A stretch of 64,000 nucleotides of DNA from an uncultured delta proteobacterium. GTDB taxonomy: Bacteria; Myxococcota_A; Polyangia; Haliangiales; Haliangiaceae. The notes under the pieces were generated by a model. The model made no database searches. It was not told where the DNA came from and saw nothing but the letters and a program-made list of their open reading frames with translations. Location: NCBI GenBank assembly GCA_963743525.1, contig CAVUQH010000002.1, positions 96,001 through 160,000 on the forward strand. The letters are read 5' to 3'. How positions within the stretch are numbered: position 1 is the first letter of the stretch; each line of letters starts with the position of its first letter. Both the position numbers and the translations under genes were made by a program. Below are positions 43,349 to 55,566 of this stretch, piece after piece.

Positions 43349-43400
43349 GGCCGCTCGGGGTGGGGTCCTCACCCAAGCTGGGACCCCACCCCGAGCGGCC
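43349..43400. repeat. REP-like perfect hairpin (20-bp stem, 12-nt loop)
   Basis: Stem identical to 26181-26233. Confidence 0.9.
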
Positions 43401-43560
43401 CGCGGGCGCCGGTCGCAACCCACCCACCCCGAGCGGCCGCCGGCGCCACACGCAACCCACCCACCCCGAGCGGCCCGCGGACAGCCATCCACCCACAACC
43501 GCAGCCCACCCCGAGCGCCCCGCGGCCCCGGGCGGCCGCGCGCGCCACGCGCAACGCCTA

Positions 43561-44817
43561 CTACCCCCCGCCGTTGCGCCCGTGCGCCAGCACCAGCACC
43601 ACCTCGACGTGGGCGGTCTGCGGCATCATGTCGATCGGCCAGGCCCGCACCGGGACGTAGCCGGCGTCGACCAGCACCGCGGCATCGCGCGCCAGGGTCG
43701 CCGGATCGCAGGAAACGTACACTACCTGGGTGGCGCCCAGCCGAGGCAGCAGCCGGCAGGTCTCCGCGGCGCCCGTGCGCGGCGGATCGAGGACCACCAG
43801 GTCGAAGGTCTCGCCGTGGCGGGCGAGGATGCGCACCTCTTCTTCCGCGGCGCCCTGGCGGAACGACACGTTGCCACCCTCCACCGCCGCCGCCGGCTGC
43901 GCGCGTTCGACCGCCACCACCGCCGACGCGCCGTCCGCCAGCACGCGAGTGAGGTTTCCGCTCCCCGCGTAGAGCTCGAGCACGCGACCGCCCTTGCGCG
44001 CCGCCGATGCGAGCTCGACAGTCTCGAGCAGGGCCGCGTTGCCGGTCGCCGAAGCCTGCGCGAAGTCGCCAGCCTCGGCCTCGAGGCCGGGCTCCAGCGC
44101 CACCGTCGCCGCGCCGAACTGCCGCCGCCCCAGACGCACGCCGGCGACCTCCGGCGCGTCTGCCAACGCGCTCGCCGCCGCCGGCGCGCACGGACCGCGC
44201 ACGGTGACGTGAACGCCGCCGCCCTCCCCGGCGACCAGGTCGATCTCGCCGCGGCCGGTCAGCGCGGGTGCCAGCACCCGGTGGATGGCAGCCAGCGCGG
44301 CGCCCAGCGCCGGCTCGAGCTGCGGGCACGCGTCGACGTCGGTGACGTGGCGACTGCCGGGCGCGAAGAAGCCGATCAGCGCCGCGTCGGCCCGACGCGT
44401 ACGCACCCAGTGCAAGCGGGCGCGGCGCCGCCAACCCAGCGCCGGCACCGGCGCGCGCAGCGGCTCGATGACCAGCCCGGCGTCGACCAATCGGCGCAGC
44501 GCCGCACTGACGATCGCCTGCTTGGCCTGGCGCTGGGCCTCGGCCGACAGGTGCTGCCACTGGCAGCCGCCGCAGGCGCCGCTGGCGAACAGCGCGCAGG
44601 GCGGCTCGACCCGCCCCGGACCGGCCTCGAGCACGGTGTCGAGCTGCGCGCGGGCGAAGCTCTTGTGCTCCTCGGTCACCGTCGCGCGCACCCGATCACC
44701 GGGCGCCGCGCGGGGCACGAACACCACCCGTCCACCGGCATCGCGGGCGACGCCGTCGCCGCCCGCCGCCAGCGACTCGATCGACAGCTCCAGCGAACTT
44801 GCGGCTTCGTTGCTCAT
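43561..44817 (-). CDS. rlmD: 23S rRNA m5U methyltransferase (RlmD/TrmA family)
   Basis: TRAM domain, C......[41 protein letters not shown]. Confidence 0.9.
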   Translation of the reverse strand: MSNEAASSLELSIESLAAGGDGVARDAGGRVVFVPRAAPGDRVRATVTEEHKSFARAQLDTVLEAGPGRVEPPCALFASGACGGCQWQHLSAEAQRQAKQAIVSAALRRLVDAGLVIEPLRAPVPALGWRRRARLHWVRTRRADAALIGFFAPGSRHVTDVDACPQLEPALGAALAAIHRVLAPALTGRGEIDLVAGEGGGVHVTVRGPCAPAAASALADAPEVAGVRLGRRQFGAATVALEPGLEAEAGDFAQASATGNAALLETVELASAARKGGRVLELYAGSGNLTRVLADGASAVVAVERAQPAAAVEGGNVSFRQGAAEEEVRILARHGETFDLVVLDPPRTGAAETCRLLPRLGATQVVYVSCDPATLARDAAVLVDAGYVPVRAWPIDMMPQTAHVEVVLVLAHGRNGGG

Positions 44818-45569
44818 GCCTCGCGAACCTCGACCGGATCGCCGCGGCCGGCGCCCAGCTCGGCGGCGGCGTTGCCCTCGCGCACCGCGATCTCGAGCGT
44901 CCCACCCGAGCCGATGTACGCGACCAGCTCGCCGCGTTCCACGCTTTCGAAGGTGGTCGACAGCGAGGCAATCGTGCGACCGGCGACGACCAGCACCGGC
45001 GAGGCGGGCAGCTCGTCGGCGCCCAGATCGGTGATCAGGTTGCCGAAAGCGTCGACGTGGATGACGGTGCCCTGGGCGCCGTCGGCGGCCCGCGGCAGCG
45101 TCAGGCAGCCGAGCAGCTCGACGGCGGGTCCGACCTCGGACGGCGCCGCGCCCGCGGCCAGGCGTGCGGCGGCGACGGCAAAGACGTCGCGCCCGTGAAA
45201 GGTCGCCGACGGGTCGGCGCGGAGGAAGCCGGCCGCGCGAATCGCGTAGGCCGCCACCGGCTCGGACGCCACCAGCGAAAAGACGCCGTTGTCCGGTCCG
45301 ACGAAGATGTGATCGCCGGCGTCGACCACCACGCCGGCACGCTCGCCACCGACACCGGGATCGATGACCGCCACATGAATGGTTCCCTCGGGGAACTGCG
45401 GTGCCGCCTGAGCCAGCGCAAACGCCGCGGCGGCGATGTCGTGGCGGGGGATGTCGTGGCTGATGTTGACCACCTGCGCATCCGGCGCCAGCCGGGCGAT
45501 TACCCCCTTCATCGCGCCGACGTAGCCGTCAGCCGTGCCGAAATCGGTCGTCAAGGTCACCCGCCGCAC
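44814..45569 (-). CDS. SAM hydroxide adenosyltransferase / halogenase family (DUF62)
   Basis: [45 protein letters not shown]. Confidence 0.92.
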   Translation of the reverse strand: MRRVTLTTDFGTADGYVGAMKGVIARLAPDAQVVNISHDIPRHDIAAAAFALAQAAPQFPEGTIHVAVIDPGVGGERAGVVVDAGDHIFVGPDNGVFSLVASEPVAAYAIRAAGFLRADPSATFHGRDVFAVAAARLAAGAAPSEVGPAVELLGCLTLPRAADGAQGTVIHVDAFGNLITDLGADELPASPVLVVAGRTIASLSTTFESVERGELVAYIGSGGTLEIAVREGNAAAELGAGRGDPVEVREA

Positions 45570-45621
45570 CGGCCCATCGTACTGAATTCGGCACACATTG
45601 ACACTAAAGAGACCCTCCACG

Positions 45622-47244
<1,623 letters not shown>

Positions 47245-47304
47245 GAATGTTACGCTTTGCCCTGGACCTGCGGTACGATGAACCGGCTGCAGTCGGGGGG
47301 GCAG

Positions 47305-47628
47305 ATGCCAATCACCAAGTCAGATCTGATCGAGCAACTATCCGAGAAGCTTCAGCTCCAGCGTGGGAAGGCGGAATCTTTCGTAAACACCATGTTCGAC
47401 AGCATGGTGGCAGCGTTGCAGAAGGGCGACCGCATAGAGATACGCGGTTTCGGTAGTTTCGAGGTCAGACACTACAAGGGCTACGAGGGTCGAAACCCGC
47501 GCACCGGCGAGCCGGTGCAGGTGAGGCCGAAACGGCTGCCCTTCTTCAAGTGCGGCAAAGAGCTGCGAGAACGGGTCAACGGCGGCGTCGACCCGGACAA
47601 CGGCCACAACGGTCACGACGACGACTAG
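47305..47628 (+). CDS. ihfB: integration host factor beta / HU-family protein
   Basis: [28 protein letters not shown]....[16 protein letters not shown]. Confidence 0.85.
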   Translation: MPITKSDLIEQLSEKLQLQRGKAESFVNTMFDSMVAALQKGDRIEIRGFGSFEVRHYKGYEGRNPRTGEPVQVRPKRLPFFKCGKELRERVNGGVDPDNGHNGHDDD

Positions 47629-47644
47629 CCCGCGCCGGCCTCGC

Positions 47645-48880
47645 TCACGACGGGGACGGCAGCGCAGGCAGTGACGGGGCTGCGCCGGCCCCGGCCAGGC
47701 GCAGCTGTTGCCGCCGGCGGCGTGCCCGCAAGGCGTGGCGAATCAGTGCCTTGTACAGGCGCAGCTTCTGGTCGGCCAGGATCTGCGAGCCGTCCACCCG
47801 GCTGGCGTACATCTCCAGCACCTGCGGGTCGTACAGCACCAGCGATAGCCAGCGCTCCCAGTTCTTGCTGCGATAGAGCAGCCAGGCCAGCCAGCGGTCC
47901 AGGGCCAACTCGCGGCCGACCGTCGCCTTGCGCAGGCGGCGGCGGTAGCTGGCGAGCGAGAAGTCGCCGGTGCGGAACGCCTCGTCGATGCAGTCTCCGG
48001 CGACCAGCGCCTGTTCCAGCGCTACGGCGATCCCCTCGCCAGTGAGGCCGTCGATGCCGGCGGCGTCGCCGATGGTCAGGACCCGGGGCGCAGCCACCGC
48101 CTTGCCCGGGTGATAGCCCCAGACCGGCCAGCCGCGGGTGCCCTTGTCGGGCAAGGTCAGGCCCAGCTCGGCCAGGCCGTCGCGAAGCATGTCGATCAGC
48201 GCCGGCCCGCCGAGCCGCGACGACGGATAGTGCATGAGGCCGACGTTGACCCGATTGCCCGGCACCGGGAAGACCCACAGATAGCCGCGCAGCCCGCGGC
48301 GCATCGGCGTGAAGTCGTAGAGCATGGCGTCGTCGGGGGCCGTGCCGGGCAGCGCCAGCTCGGCGCGGAACAACCGGTGGGGCAGCGCCTTCTCGCCGAG
48401 CAGCTGCTTGCGCACCACCGACGCCGCGCCGTCGGCGCCGACCAGCACCGAGGCGGTGAGCGCGCGCCCGCGCGACGTGTGCACGACCACGTGGTCCGGC
48501 TCGACGGCGTAGCCGGTGACGCCCTCCCCTTCGACGATGTCGACGCCGCGACGCCGCGCCTGATCGGCCAGGTTGGCGTCGAGCTCCTCGCGGCGGACGA
48601 CGTTGACCGGCTTGTCCAGCGTGACGACGCGCTCGAAGCTACCGTAGCGGACGCGCGCGGTCTTGGCCGGCCAGGCCGGCACCTCGAGCTCCAGGCCGAG
48701 CTCGGCCATGGCCGCGTCCATGTGACCCGTGAGCCCGCCGCCGCACGGCTTGTCGCGGGGAAAGCGGTAGCGCTCGAGCACCAGCACGCGATCGGCCGGC
48801 CGCTCGCGCACCAGGCGGGCGGCCATGGCCGAGCCACCGGGGCCGGCCCCGGCGACGATCACGTCGAACTGCGGTCGCAC
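47645..48880 (-). CDS. geranylgeranyl-reductase-family flavoprotein
   Basis: GAGPGG, FPRDKPCGGG, GADG..S.V, GY.WVFP, GDAAG.D..TGEGI. Confidence 0.88.
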   Translation of the reverse strand: MRPQFDVIVAGAGPGGSAMAARLVRERPADRVLVLERYRFPRDKPCGGGLTGHMDAAMAELGLELEVPAWPAKTARVRYGSFERVVTLDKPVNVVRREELDANLADQARRRGVDIVEGEGVTGYAVEPDHVVVHTSRGRALTASVLVGADGAASVVRKQLLGEKALPHRLFRAELALPGTAPDDAMLYDFTPMRRGLRGYLWVFPVPGNRVNVGLMHYPSSRLGGPALIDMLRDGLAELGLTLPDKGTRGWPVWGYHPGKAVAAPRVLTIGDAAGIDGLTGEGIAVALEQALVAGDCIDEAFRTGDFSLASYRRRLRKATVGRELALDRWLAWLLYRSKNWERWLSLVLYDPQVLEMYASRVDGSQILADQKLRLYKALIRHALRARRRRQQLRLAGAGAAPSLPALPSPS

Positions 48881-48918
48881 GGCGTGTTTCTAGCACGCCG
48901 CGCGGCAACGTGGGGCGC

Positions 48919-49612
48919 TCAGAGGTTGGCGTAGGCGTCGACGGTGACCAGCGAGTCGAGCGCGCCGTTGGGCACCGGATCTCCGGCCGAAACCGTCACC
49001 TGGCCGCCGACGATGACGTTGAACTCGGTCTTCCAGTCGCCCATGAACTCTTCCAGGTTGGCCTGGCCGTCGGCGGTGATGACCACGTCGCGGTCGGTCA
49101 CGGTTTCACCGGCCGCGATCGGCTGAATGGTGCCGACCAGCTTGGCCTGCGGATCGCCGGGTGCAGTCACGCCGACTGGCGCGACATAGAGCGACAGCTC
49201 CGGCGTCGGCACGTTGAGCGAGTTGGGACTGACCGAGTAGTGGACACGCTCGACGTGGACCTCGATGAGCGGCTGCTTGGCAACCGTGTTGAGCTCGGGA
49301 CGCTCGTTGGCCAGGTTGATGGTCTGGAACAGCGACACCAGGATCAGCGCCTTGCAGTTGGTGCCGTCGCAGCTGCCGAAGCAGGCATCGGCGTTGCCGC
49401 AGGCCTGGCTGATGCCGGCCGAGCAGACGCCCTGGTTCTGGCTGCAGTCGATGGCCGGGAAGGTCGCGTCGCTGGTCAGCTGCCACTGCGCCGAGTTCGA
49501 CGGTGAACTTCTTGTCGGAGACGCGCATGTCGAAGCGCGTGATGTCCGAAGAGATGAGCCCACAGCCGCCGAGCGCCAGCAGCGCCGAGAGCGAGAGGAT
49601 CCAACGGGTCAT
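48919..49612 (-). CDS. hypothetical lipoprotein, one extra base near 49497 (probable sequencing error)
   Basis: Lipobox LGGC in the 49612 frame continues in the 48919 frame if GTCGAAC is read as GTCGAC (KFTVDSAQW). Confidence 0.75.
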
Positions 49613-49771
49613 AGTCTAAGTCCTCCTGCAGCTGCCCGATCAGGACAGTCCTACCAGGGTATCACCCGCTACACCCGATCGCGACCCACACCCGCGGGGC
49701 CAGTGACCGCGGTCACCGGCAGCTCGAGCGCCGACTTGCAGATCCGACGCCGACGACCGACACTTCGCCGC

Positions 49772-51691
49772 ATGAGCGAGCGGATGTGGGAGCCGTCGCC
49801 CGAGCGCGTCAGCGCCGCGAAGTTGAGCCGTTTCATGGCCGGGGTCGGGCAGTCCGACTACGCGTCGTTGTACCGCTGGTCGATCGAACGACCGGCCGCG
49901 TTCTGGCGGGCGGTGTGGGACTTTTGCACAGTGATCGCGGAGACACCCGGCGACGAGGTGGTGCGCGATCTCGACCGCATGCCGGGAGCCAAATGGTTCC
50001 CGGACGCGCGGCTGTCGTTCGCCGAGAACCTGCTCCGCTACCGCGACGAGCACATTGCGCTACTGGCACGCGACGAGCGCGGGCGCTCGCGCCAGGTGAC
50101 GTACGCCGAGCTGTACGCGGAGGTCGCGCGGGTCGCGCGGGCGCTGCGCGCGCACGGCGTCGTCGCCGGTGACCGCGTCGCCGGCTTCGTGCCCAACATC
50201 GTCGAGTCGGTGGTGGCGATGCTCGCGGCGACCAGTATCGGCGCCATCTGGTCGTCGTCGTCCCCCGACTTCGGTCTGGCCGGTGTGCTCGATCGCTTCG
50301 GGCAGATCGAGCCGCGGGTGCTGTTCTGCGCCGACGGCTACTCCTACAACGGCAAGGAGATCGACTCGCTCGAGCGGGTCCGCGGCATCCTCGACGAGCT
50401 GCCCAGCGTGGAGAAGACCGTGGTGGTGCCGTACACCGGGCGGCCACTGTCCCTGGACGGCATCCGCGGCGGCGTGTCGTGGCGCGACTTCGCCGGTGAC
50501 GACGACGCAGGCGAGATCGAGTTCGCCCGCCTGCCGTTCGATCACCCGCTCTACATCATGTACTCGTCCGGCACCACCGGCGTACCCAAGTGCATCGTCC
50601 ACGGCGCCGGCGGCACCCTCTTGCAGCACCTCAAGGAGCACGTGCTGCACACCGACATCGGCCGCGACGACAAGCTGTTCTACTTCACCACCTGCGGGTG
50701 GATGATGTGGAACTGGCTGGTCAGCGGACTGGCCAGCGGCGCGACGGTGATGCTGTTCGACGGCTCGCCGGCCCACCCGGGTCCGGACGTGTTGTGGAAG
50801 TGGGCCGAGGAGACCGGCATGACCGTCTTCGGCACCAGCGCCAAGTACCTGTCGGCGATCGAGAAAGCCGGCGTCCGCCCCGCCGACTTCGAATTGTCCG
50901 CGCTGCGCGCGGTGCTGTTCACCGGCTCGGTGCTGGCGCCCGAGCAGTTCGACTGGGTCTACGACGCGGTGAAGAAGGACCTGCAGCTGGCGTCGATCTC
51001 CGGCGGCACCGACATCATCTCCTGCTTCGCCCTGGGCAACCCGATCGGCCCGGTCTACCGCGGCGAGCTGCAGACCCGTGGTCTGGGCATGAAGGTCGAG
51101 GTCTACGACGAGAACGGCCAGTCGGTGGTCGGGCAAAAAGGCGAGCTCTGCTGCACCATGCCGTTCCCGTCGATGCCGATCTACTTCTGGAACGACGAGG
51201 GCAACCAGCGCTACCGCGACTCCTACTTCGCCCGCTTCCCCGGCGTCTGGTGTCACGGCGACTTCGCCGAGCTGACCAACCACGGCGGCCTGATCATCTA
51301 CGGCCGCTCCGACGCGACGCTCAACCCCGGCGGCGTGCGCATCGGCACCGCCGAGATCTACCGCGTCGTCGAGACCCTCGACGACATCGTCGAAGCGGTC
51401 GCCGTCGGCCAGGAGTGGGAGGGCGACGTCCGCGTCTGCCTGTTCGTCGTCCTGCGCCCCGGCGCCGAGCTGACCCCCGAGCTCGAAAAGACCATCCGCA
51501 CCCGCCTGCGCGCCGAGGCCTCCCCCCGCCACGTCCCCGCCGTCATCCGCGCCGTCCCGGCAATCCCCCGCACCATCAGCGGCAAGATCGTCGAGCTGGC
51601 CATCCAGAACGTCCTCCACGGCCGCCCAGTTAGAAACGTCGACGCCCTGGCCAACCCCGAAGCCCTCGACCACTTCAAGAACCTCATCTAG
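49772..51691 (+). CDS. acetoacetate-CoA ligase
   Basis: [61 protein letters not shown]. Confidence 0.95.
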   Translation: MSERMWEPSPERVSAAKLSRFMAGVGQSDYASLYRWSIERPAAFWRAVWDFCTVIAETPGDEVVRDLDRMPGAKWFPDARLSFAENLLRYRDEHIALLARDERGRSRQVTYAELYAEVARVARALRAHGVVAGDRVAGFVPNIVESVVAMLAATSIGAIWSSSSPDFGLAGVLDRFGQIEPRVLFCADGYSYNGKEIDSLERVRGILDELPSVEKTVVVPYTGRPLSLDGIRGGVSWRDFAGDDDAGEIEFARLPFDHPLYIMYSSGTTGVPKCIVHGAGGTLLQHLKEHVLHTDIGRDDKLFYFTTCGWMMWNWLVSGLASGATVMLFDGSPAHPGPDVLWKWAEETGMTVFGTSAKYLSAIEKAGVRPADFELSALRAVLFTGSVLAPEQFDWVYDAVKKDLQLASISGGTDIISCFALGNPIGPVYRGELQTRGLGMKVEVYDENGQSVVGQKGELCCTMPFPSMPIYFWNDEGNQRYRDSYFARFPGVWCHGDFAELTNHGGLIIYGRSDATLNPGGVRIGTAEIYRVVETLDDIVEAVAVGQEWEGDVRVCLFVVLRPGAELTPELEKTIRTRLRAEASPRHVPAVIRAVPAIPRTISGKIVELAIQNVLHGRPVRNVDALANPEALDHFKNLI

Positions 51692-51828
51692 GGTCAGATC
51701 CAACTTTTGAAACTTGCATCGGCCAACCCACCGAAACTGCAGCTGTTGCCTCGTTCCGGTGCCTGAACCGGGTTTCGAGTGATTCCTGCCGGTTGCGAGG
51801 CGTAAGTTTCAGAAGTTGGATCTGACCC
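51691..51828. mobile_element. MITE/REPIN-like 138-bp element with long terminal inverted repeats
   Basis: GGGTCAGATCCAACTTTTGAAACTT (51691-51715) vs revcomp of 51804-51828, 24/25 match; lower GC than flanks. Confidence 0.7.
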
Positions 51829-51833
51829 CGGTG

Positions 51834-52790
51834 TTAGACGCGGTCGAGGATCTGTTCGGCGGCGGTGTAGGGATCCAGGTCGCGTTGGGCGACGCGGTCG
51901 GCGAGGTCGTCCATGCCGCCGAGGGCGGCGAAGGCGGTTTCGGCGCGGTCGGCGAGGAGGCCGCGGACGAGCTCGGTGACGTAGGAGAGGGCGCGGATGC
52001 GGGCGCGGCGGGTGCCGGTGTCGCCGGCGGAGGTGAGCTCGCGGTGGCGCTCGACGGCGTCGGCCAGGTCGGCGATGCCGGAGGTTTCCTTCATGCCCTG
52101 GGTGGCGATGGTCTGAATGATCTCGACCTCGCGACTCGCGTGGCCTTCGCTGCCCGGGCGCAGCTCGAGCATGTGGATCAGATCGCGGACGGTGCGGTCG
52201 GCGCCCTCGCGGTCGGCCTTGTTGACGCACAGGACGTCGGCGATCTCGAGCAGACCGGCCTTGATCGCCTGGATGTCGTCGCCCAGGCCCGGCACGGTGA
52301 CCACCACCGACGTATAGGCCGAGCGCATGACGTCGATCTCGTCCTGGCCGACGCCGACGGTCTCGACCAGGATGCGGTCGTAGCCCATGGCGTCGAGCAC
52401 GCTGACGACGTCGAAGGTCGACCGCGACAGGCCGCCCAGGTGACCACGGGTGGCCAGCGATCGAATGAACACGCCCTCGTCCAGGGCGTGGCGCTGCATG
52501 CGGATGCGATCGCCGAGGATGGCGCCACCCGAGAACGGCGACGTCGGATCGACGGCGACCACGCCGACGGTCTCGCCGCGGGCGCGATAGGTGCCGATGA
52601 GCGCGTCGACCACCGTCGACTTGCCGGCCCCCGGGTTGCCGGTGATGCCGACGATGTAGCCGCGACCGGTGTGCGGATACAGCGCCTTGAGGTCGTCGAT
52701 CGCCCCGGGCATGCGGTCGTCGATGTCGCGCATCAGGCGCGACGCCGCTCTGATGTCGCCGGCAGCGACCAGATCTGCGCGCTTGCTCAT
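51834..52790 (-). CDS. meaB: methylmalonyl-CoA mutase-associated GTPase MeaB
   Basis: GITG.PGAGKST, VDPTSPFSGGAILGDRIRM, ETVGVGQDE, NKAD. Confidence 0.95.
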   Translation of the reverse strand: MSKRADLVAAGDIRAASRLMRDIDDRMPGAIDDLKALYPHTGRGYIVGITGNPGAGKSTVVDALIGTYRARGETVGVVAVDPTSPFSGGAILGDRIRMQRHALDEGVFIRSLATRGHLGGLSRSTFDVVSVLDAMGYDRILVETVGVGQDEIDVMRSAYTSVVVTVPGLGDDIQAIKAGLLEIADVLCVNKADREGADRTVRDLIHMLELRPGSEGHASREVEIIQTIATQGMKETSGIADLADAVERHRELTSAGDTGTRRARIRALSYVTELVRGLLADRAETAFAALGGMDDLADRVAQRDLDPYTAAEQILDRV

Positions 52791-52795
52791 GCTTC

Positions 52796-53977
52796 CTACT
52801 TCTGCGGGGCCGGCGCGAACCGCTGCTCGGGCCCGCTGGGTGTGTAGAACTGCACCGCCTCGACATCGCTGGCGGCAACAAAGGAGTGCTGCAGGCCGGG
52901 CGGCACCTGCACGACGATCGGCGCTTCGATCGGGAACTGCCGCTTGCCCACGGTCATGGTGCCCGAGCCTTTGTAGATGTACAGCAGCTCGGTCTCTTTG
53001 CCGTGGCTGTGCGGCGGCACCTGAGCGCCGGCAACCATGCCGATGATGCCGGCGTAGATACCGCCGCCGCTGGCCTTCGCCGACGCCGGCATCTCGACCC
53101 AGCCCTTGCCGCCGGCGATCGAGATCGCCTCGAGCTTGGCGGTGTCGAGCACCGTCATGACCGGCGCGTGGCGCTTCGCCTTGGCCGGCGCATCCACAAT
53201 CCGCACCGCCGCCGGGGCGATCACGCGAACCAGCTGCAGCGCCTCGTCACCGGTCTGAGCGATGTCGTAGACCGCGTTGGCCGGCACCACCACCATGCTG
53301 CCGGTGACCAGCGGATGGCCGCGCTTCACCCCGCCTCGATCGTACGCAACCCCCTGCCCCGCAGCGACGTAGAAGACCTGCGCGCCGTCCGGCGTCACGT
53401 GCAGCCCCAGGTCGAAGCCGCCGGACAGCTCCATCAGCGTCATCGACGCCGCGCTGTTGCCGCTGTTCTGCGGCGTCAGCACGCGCCGGTAGACCATCGT
53501 CTTCGGCGCCGTGCCGCTGGTCTCCGCCGGAATCAGCGCCGGGTCGACAGTGTACTGCCCGCTCGGCGCGTCGAACTGCACCGGCACCTTGATGGTGGTC
53601 GAATCGTCGAAGACCGGCGGCCAAACGTAGGCCTTGTAGCCGTCGACCAGGCAGCGGGTCAGCGCCGGGTCGTTGGCCGTGTCCTCGGTGGCCTCGACCC
53701 TGGTCGGTGCGCCCCTGGCGCCCAGCGTGATCGACAGGACCACGCGCCCGGACAGGCGGAAATCATCGGCCGCGCCGACCGCCCAGCAGTGCTCGCGCAG
53801 CGCGGCGGTGTCCTCCATCACGTGGACGAACGCGGCCGTGCGCACGTCCTCGAGGTTGGGCCCGGCGTCCGCCTGCGCGCCGGCAGCTGGCTGCGGCGGC
53901 GCCGGCGCGGGCACCGGCGGAGGTGGGCTGGCGCAGGCCGCGGCGAGAGCCAGGCTCGAGGCCAGCCAGCGGATCAC
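52796..53977 (-). CDS. lipoprotein: AgmX/PglI-C (TonB-C-like) domain fused to two cupin domains
   Basis: Lipobox AAAC; LRE.CW...LSGRV.L...LTRCL; C-terminal VPPHSH...ELLYI..GSG...PPG.QHSF. Confidence 0.75.
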   Translation of the reverse strand: MIRWLASSLALAAACASPPPPVPAPAPPQPAAGAQADAGPNLEDVRTAAFVHVMEDTAALREHCWAVGAADDFRLSGRVVLSITLGARGAPTRVEATEDTANDPALTRCLVDGYKAYVWPPVFDDSTTIKVPVQFDAPSGQYTVDPALIPAETSGTAPKTMVYRRVLTPQNSGNSAASMTLMELSGGFDLGLHVTPDGAQVFYVAAGQGVAYDRGGVKRGHPLVTGSMVVVPANAVYDIAQTGDEALQLVRVIAPAAVRIVDAPAKAKRHAPVMTVLDTAKLEAISIAGGKGWVEMPASAKASGGGIYAGIIGMVAGAQVPPHSHGKETELLYIYKGSGTMTVGKRQFPIEAPIVVQVPPGLQHSFVAASDVEAVQFYTPSGPEQRFAPAPQK

Positions 53978-54402
53978 GAGGCGGCAGCCTCCACCTTGGG
54001 ACGCAGCTCGCCTTCGACCCAGTCGATGATCTCCTGGGTCGATGCACCCGGCGTGAACACCTTGGTCACGCCCATCTCGCGCAGCGGCTCCATGTCGCCG
54101 TCGGGAATGATGCCGCCGCCGAAGACCACCACGTCGCCGGCACCGCGCTTCTCGAGCGCGTCGATGACCGCCTTGAACAGGGTCAGGTGGGCGCCGGACA
54201 TGATCGACAGACCGACGGCGTCGACCGCCTCCTGCACCGCCGCCGCCGCGATCATGTCGGGGGTCTGGTGCAACCCGGTGTAGACGACCTCGTAGCCGGC
54301 GTCGGCCAGCGCCCGCGCCACCACCTTGGCGCCGCGGTCGTGGCCGTCGAGCCCCGGCTTGGCGACGAGGATCCTCAGCTTGCGCTTGTTTTCCTGGGAC
54401 AT
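53974..54402 (-). CDS. methylmalonyl-CoA mutase cobalamin-binding small subunit
   Basis: AKPGLDGHDRGAK (DxHxxG), GLSIMSGAH, GGIIP, FTPG. Confidence 0.95.
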   Translation of the reverse strand: MSQENKRKLRILVAKPGLDGHDRGAKVVARALADAGYEVVYTGLHQTPDMIAAAAVQEAVDAVGLSIMSGAHLTLFKAVIDALEKRGAGDVVVFGGGIIPDGDMEPLREMGVTKVFTPGASTQEIIDWVEGELRPKVEAAAS

Positions 54403-54411
54403 TGCTACCTC

Positions 54412-55564
54412 TCAGGCGCCCAGCTCTTTGACGAGCTGGCGCGCGATGACGATCCGTTGAATCTCGCTGGTGCCCTCGTAGATGCGGGTCACGCGAACGT
54501 CGCGATAGGCGCGCTCGACCGGAAAGTCGCGGGTGTAGCCGTAGCCGCCGTGGACCTGGATGGCGATGTCGCAGATCTGGCACGCCTTCTCGCTGGCGAA
54601 CAGCTTGGCCATCGACGCTTCCTTGGTGAACGGCAGCCCCTTCTGCTTGCGCCAGGCGGCGCGCAGGGTCAGCAGCGTGGCCGCCTCCAGCCAGGTGGCG
54701 CAGTCGGCCAGCATGTTGCCGATCGCCTGGTGGCGGATGATCGGCTGGCCGAAGGTCTCGCGCTCGGTGGCGTAGCGCGTGGCCGCCTCCAGCGCCCCGC
54801 GCGCGGCGCCGATCGCCTGCGACGAGATGCCGATGCGACCGCCGTCGAGGGCGACCATCGCCAGCTTGAAGCCGTCGCCGACCTGCCCCAGCACCGCGTC
54901 CTCGCCGACCTCGACGCCGTCGAGGGACAGCTGCACGGTGGCGCTGCCGCGCAGGCCCATCTTCTCCTCGGCCTTGCTCACGGTCAGCCCGGGCGCACCG
55001 CCCGGCACCAGGAACGCCGAGATGCCGCGGTGGCCGGCGCTGGCTGTCGGTGACCGCCCAGACCACCATCACCCCGGCGCGGTCGCCGCTGGTGATCCAC
55101 TGCTTGGTCCCGGTCAGCTTCCAGCCGGTGGCGGTGCGCTGGGCGCGGGTGCTCATCGCCGCCGGATCCGAGCCGGCCTGCGGCTCCGACAGCGCAAAGC
55201 TGCCGGCGATGTGCTCGCCCGAGCAGAGGCGGGTGACGTGCTGCTGCTTGTGCGCATCGCTGCCGAAGCGCGAGATCAGCTCGGCGACCATGTTGGTCAC
55301 CGACACCTCGACCGCCACCGACGGGTCGACCCGCGCCAGCTCCTGCATGACCAGGGAGAAGGCGACGGCGCCGGCCTCGGCCCCGCCCCACTTTTCCGGC
55401 ACGTTGACGCCGAGCAGACCCAGCTTGGCCAGCTCGCGGTGCTCGTCCAGCGGCCGCGTCTCGTCGACGTCGCGGCGCGCGGCCAGCGGCGCGAGCCGCC
55501 GCTCGGCGAAGTCGCGCGCGGTCTTGCGGATGAGCTCCTGTTCCTCGGTGATCGCCAGCTCCAT
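54412..55564 (-). CDS. acyl-CoA dehydrogenase, one extra base near 55045
   Basis: FALSEPQAGSD, GTKQWITSG in one frame; KMGLRGS, LDGGRIGI, IYEGTSEIQR in the next. Confidence 0.9.
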
Positions 55565-55566
55565 GA

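Noticed and set aside
43381..43520. CRISPR array
   Set aside because: Only 2 identical plus 2 partial units, spacers 12-24 nt and uneven, and no cas genes in the window.
44814..45569. Fluorinase/chlorinase natural-product gene
   Set aside because: Housekeeping context and the TFHGRD motif fit the widespread DUF62 SAM hydrolase; no biosynthetic cluster.
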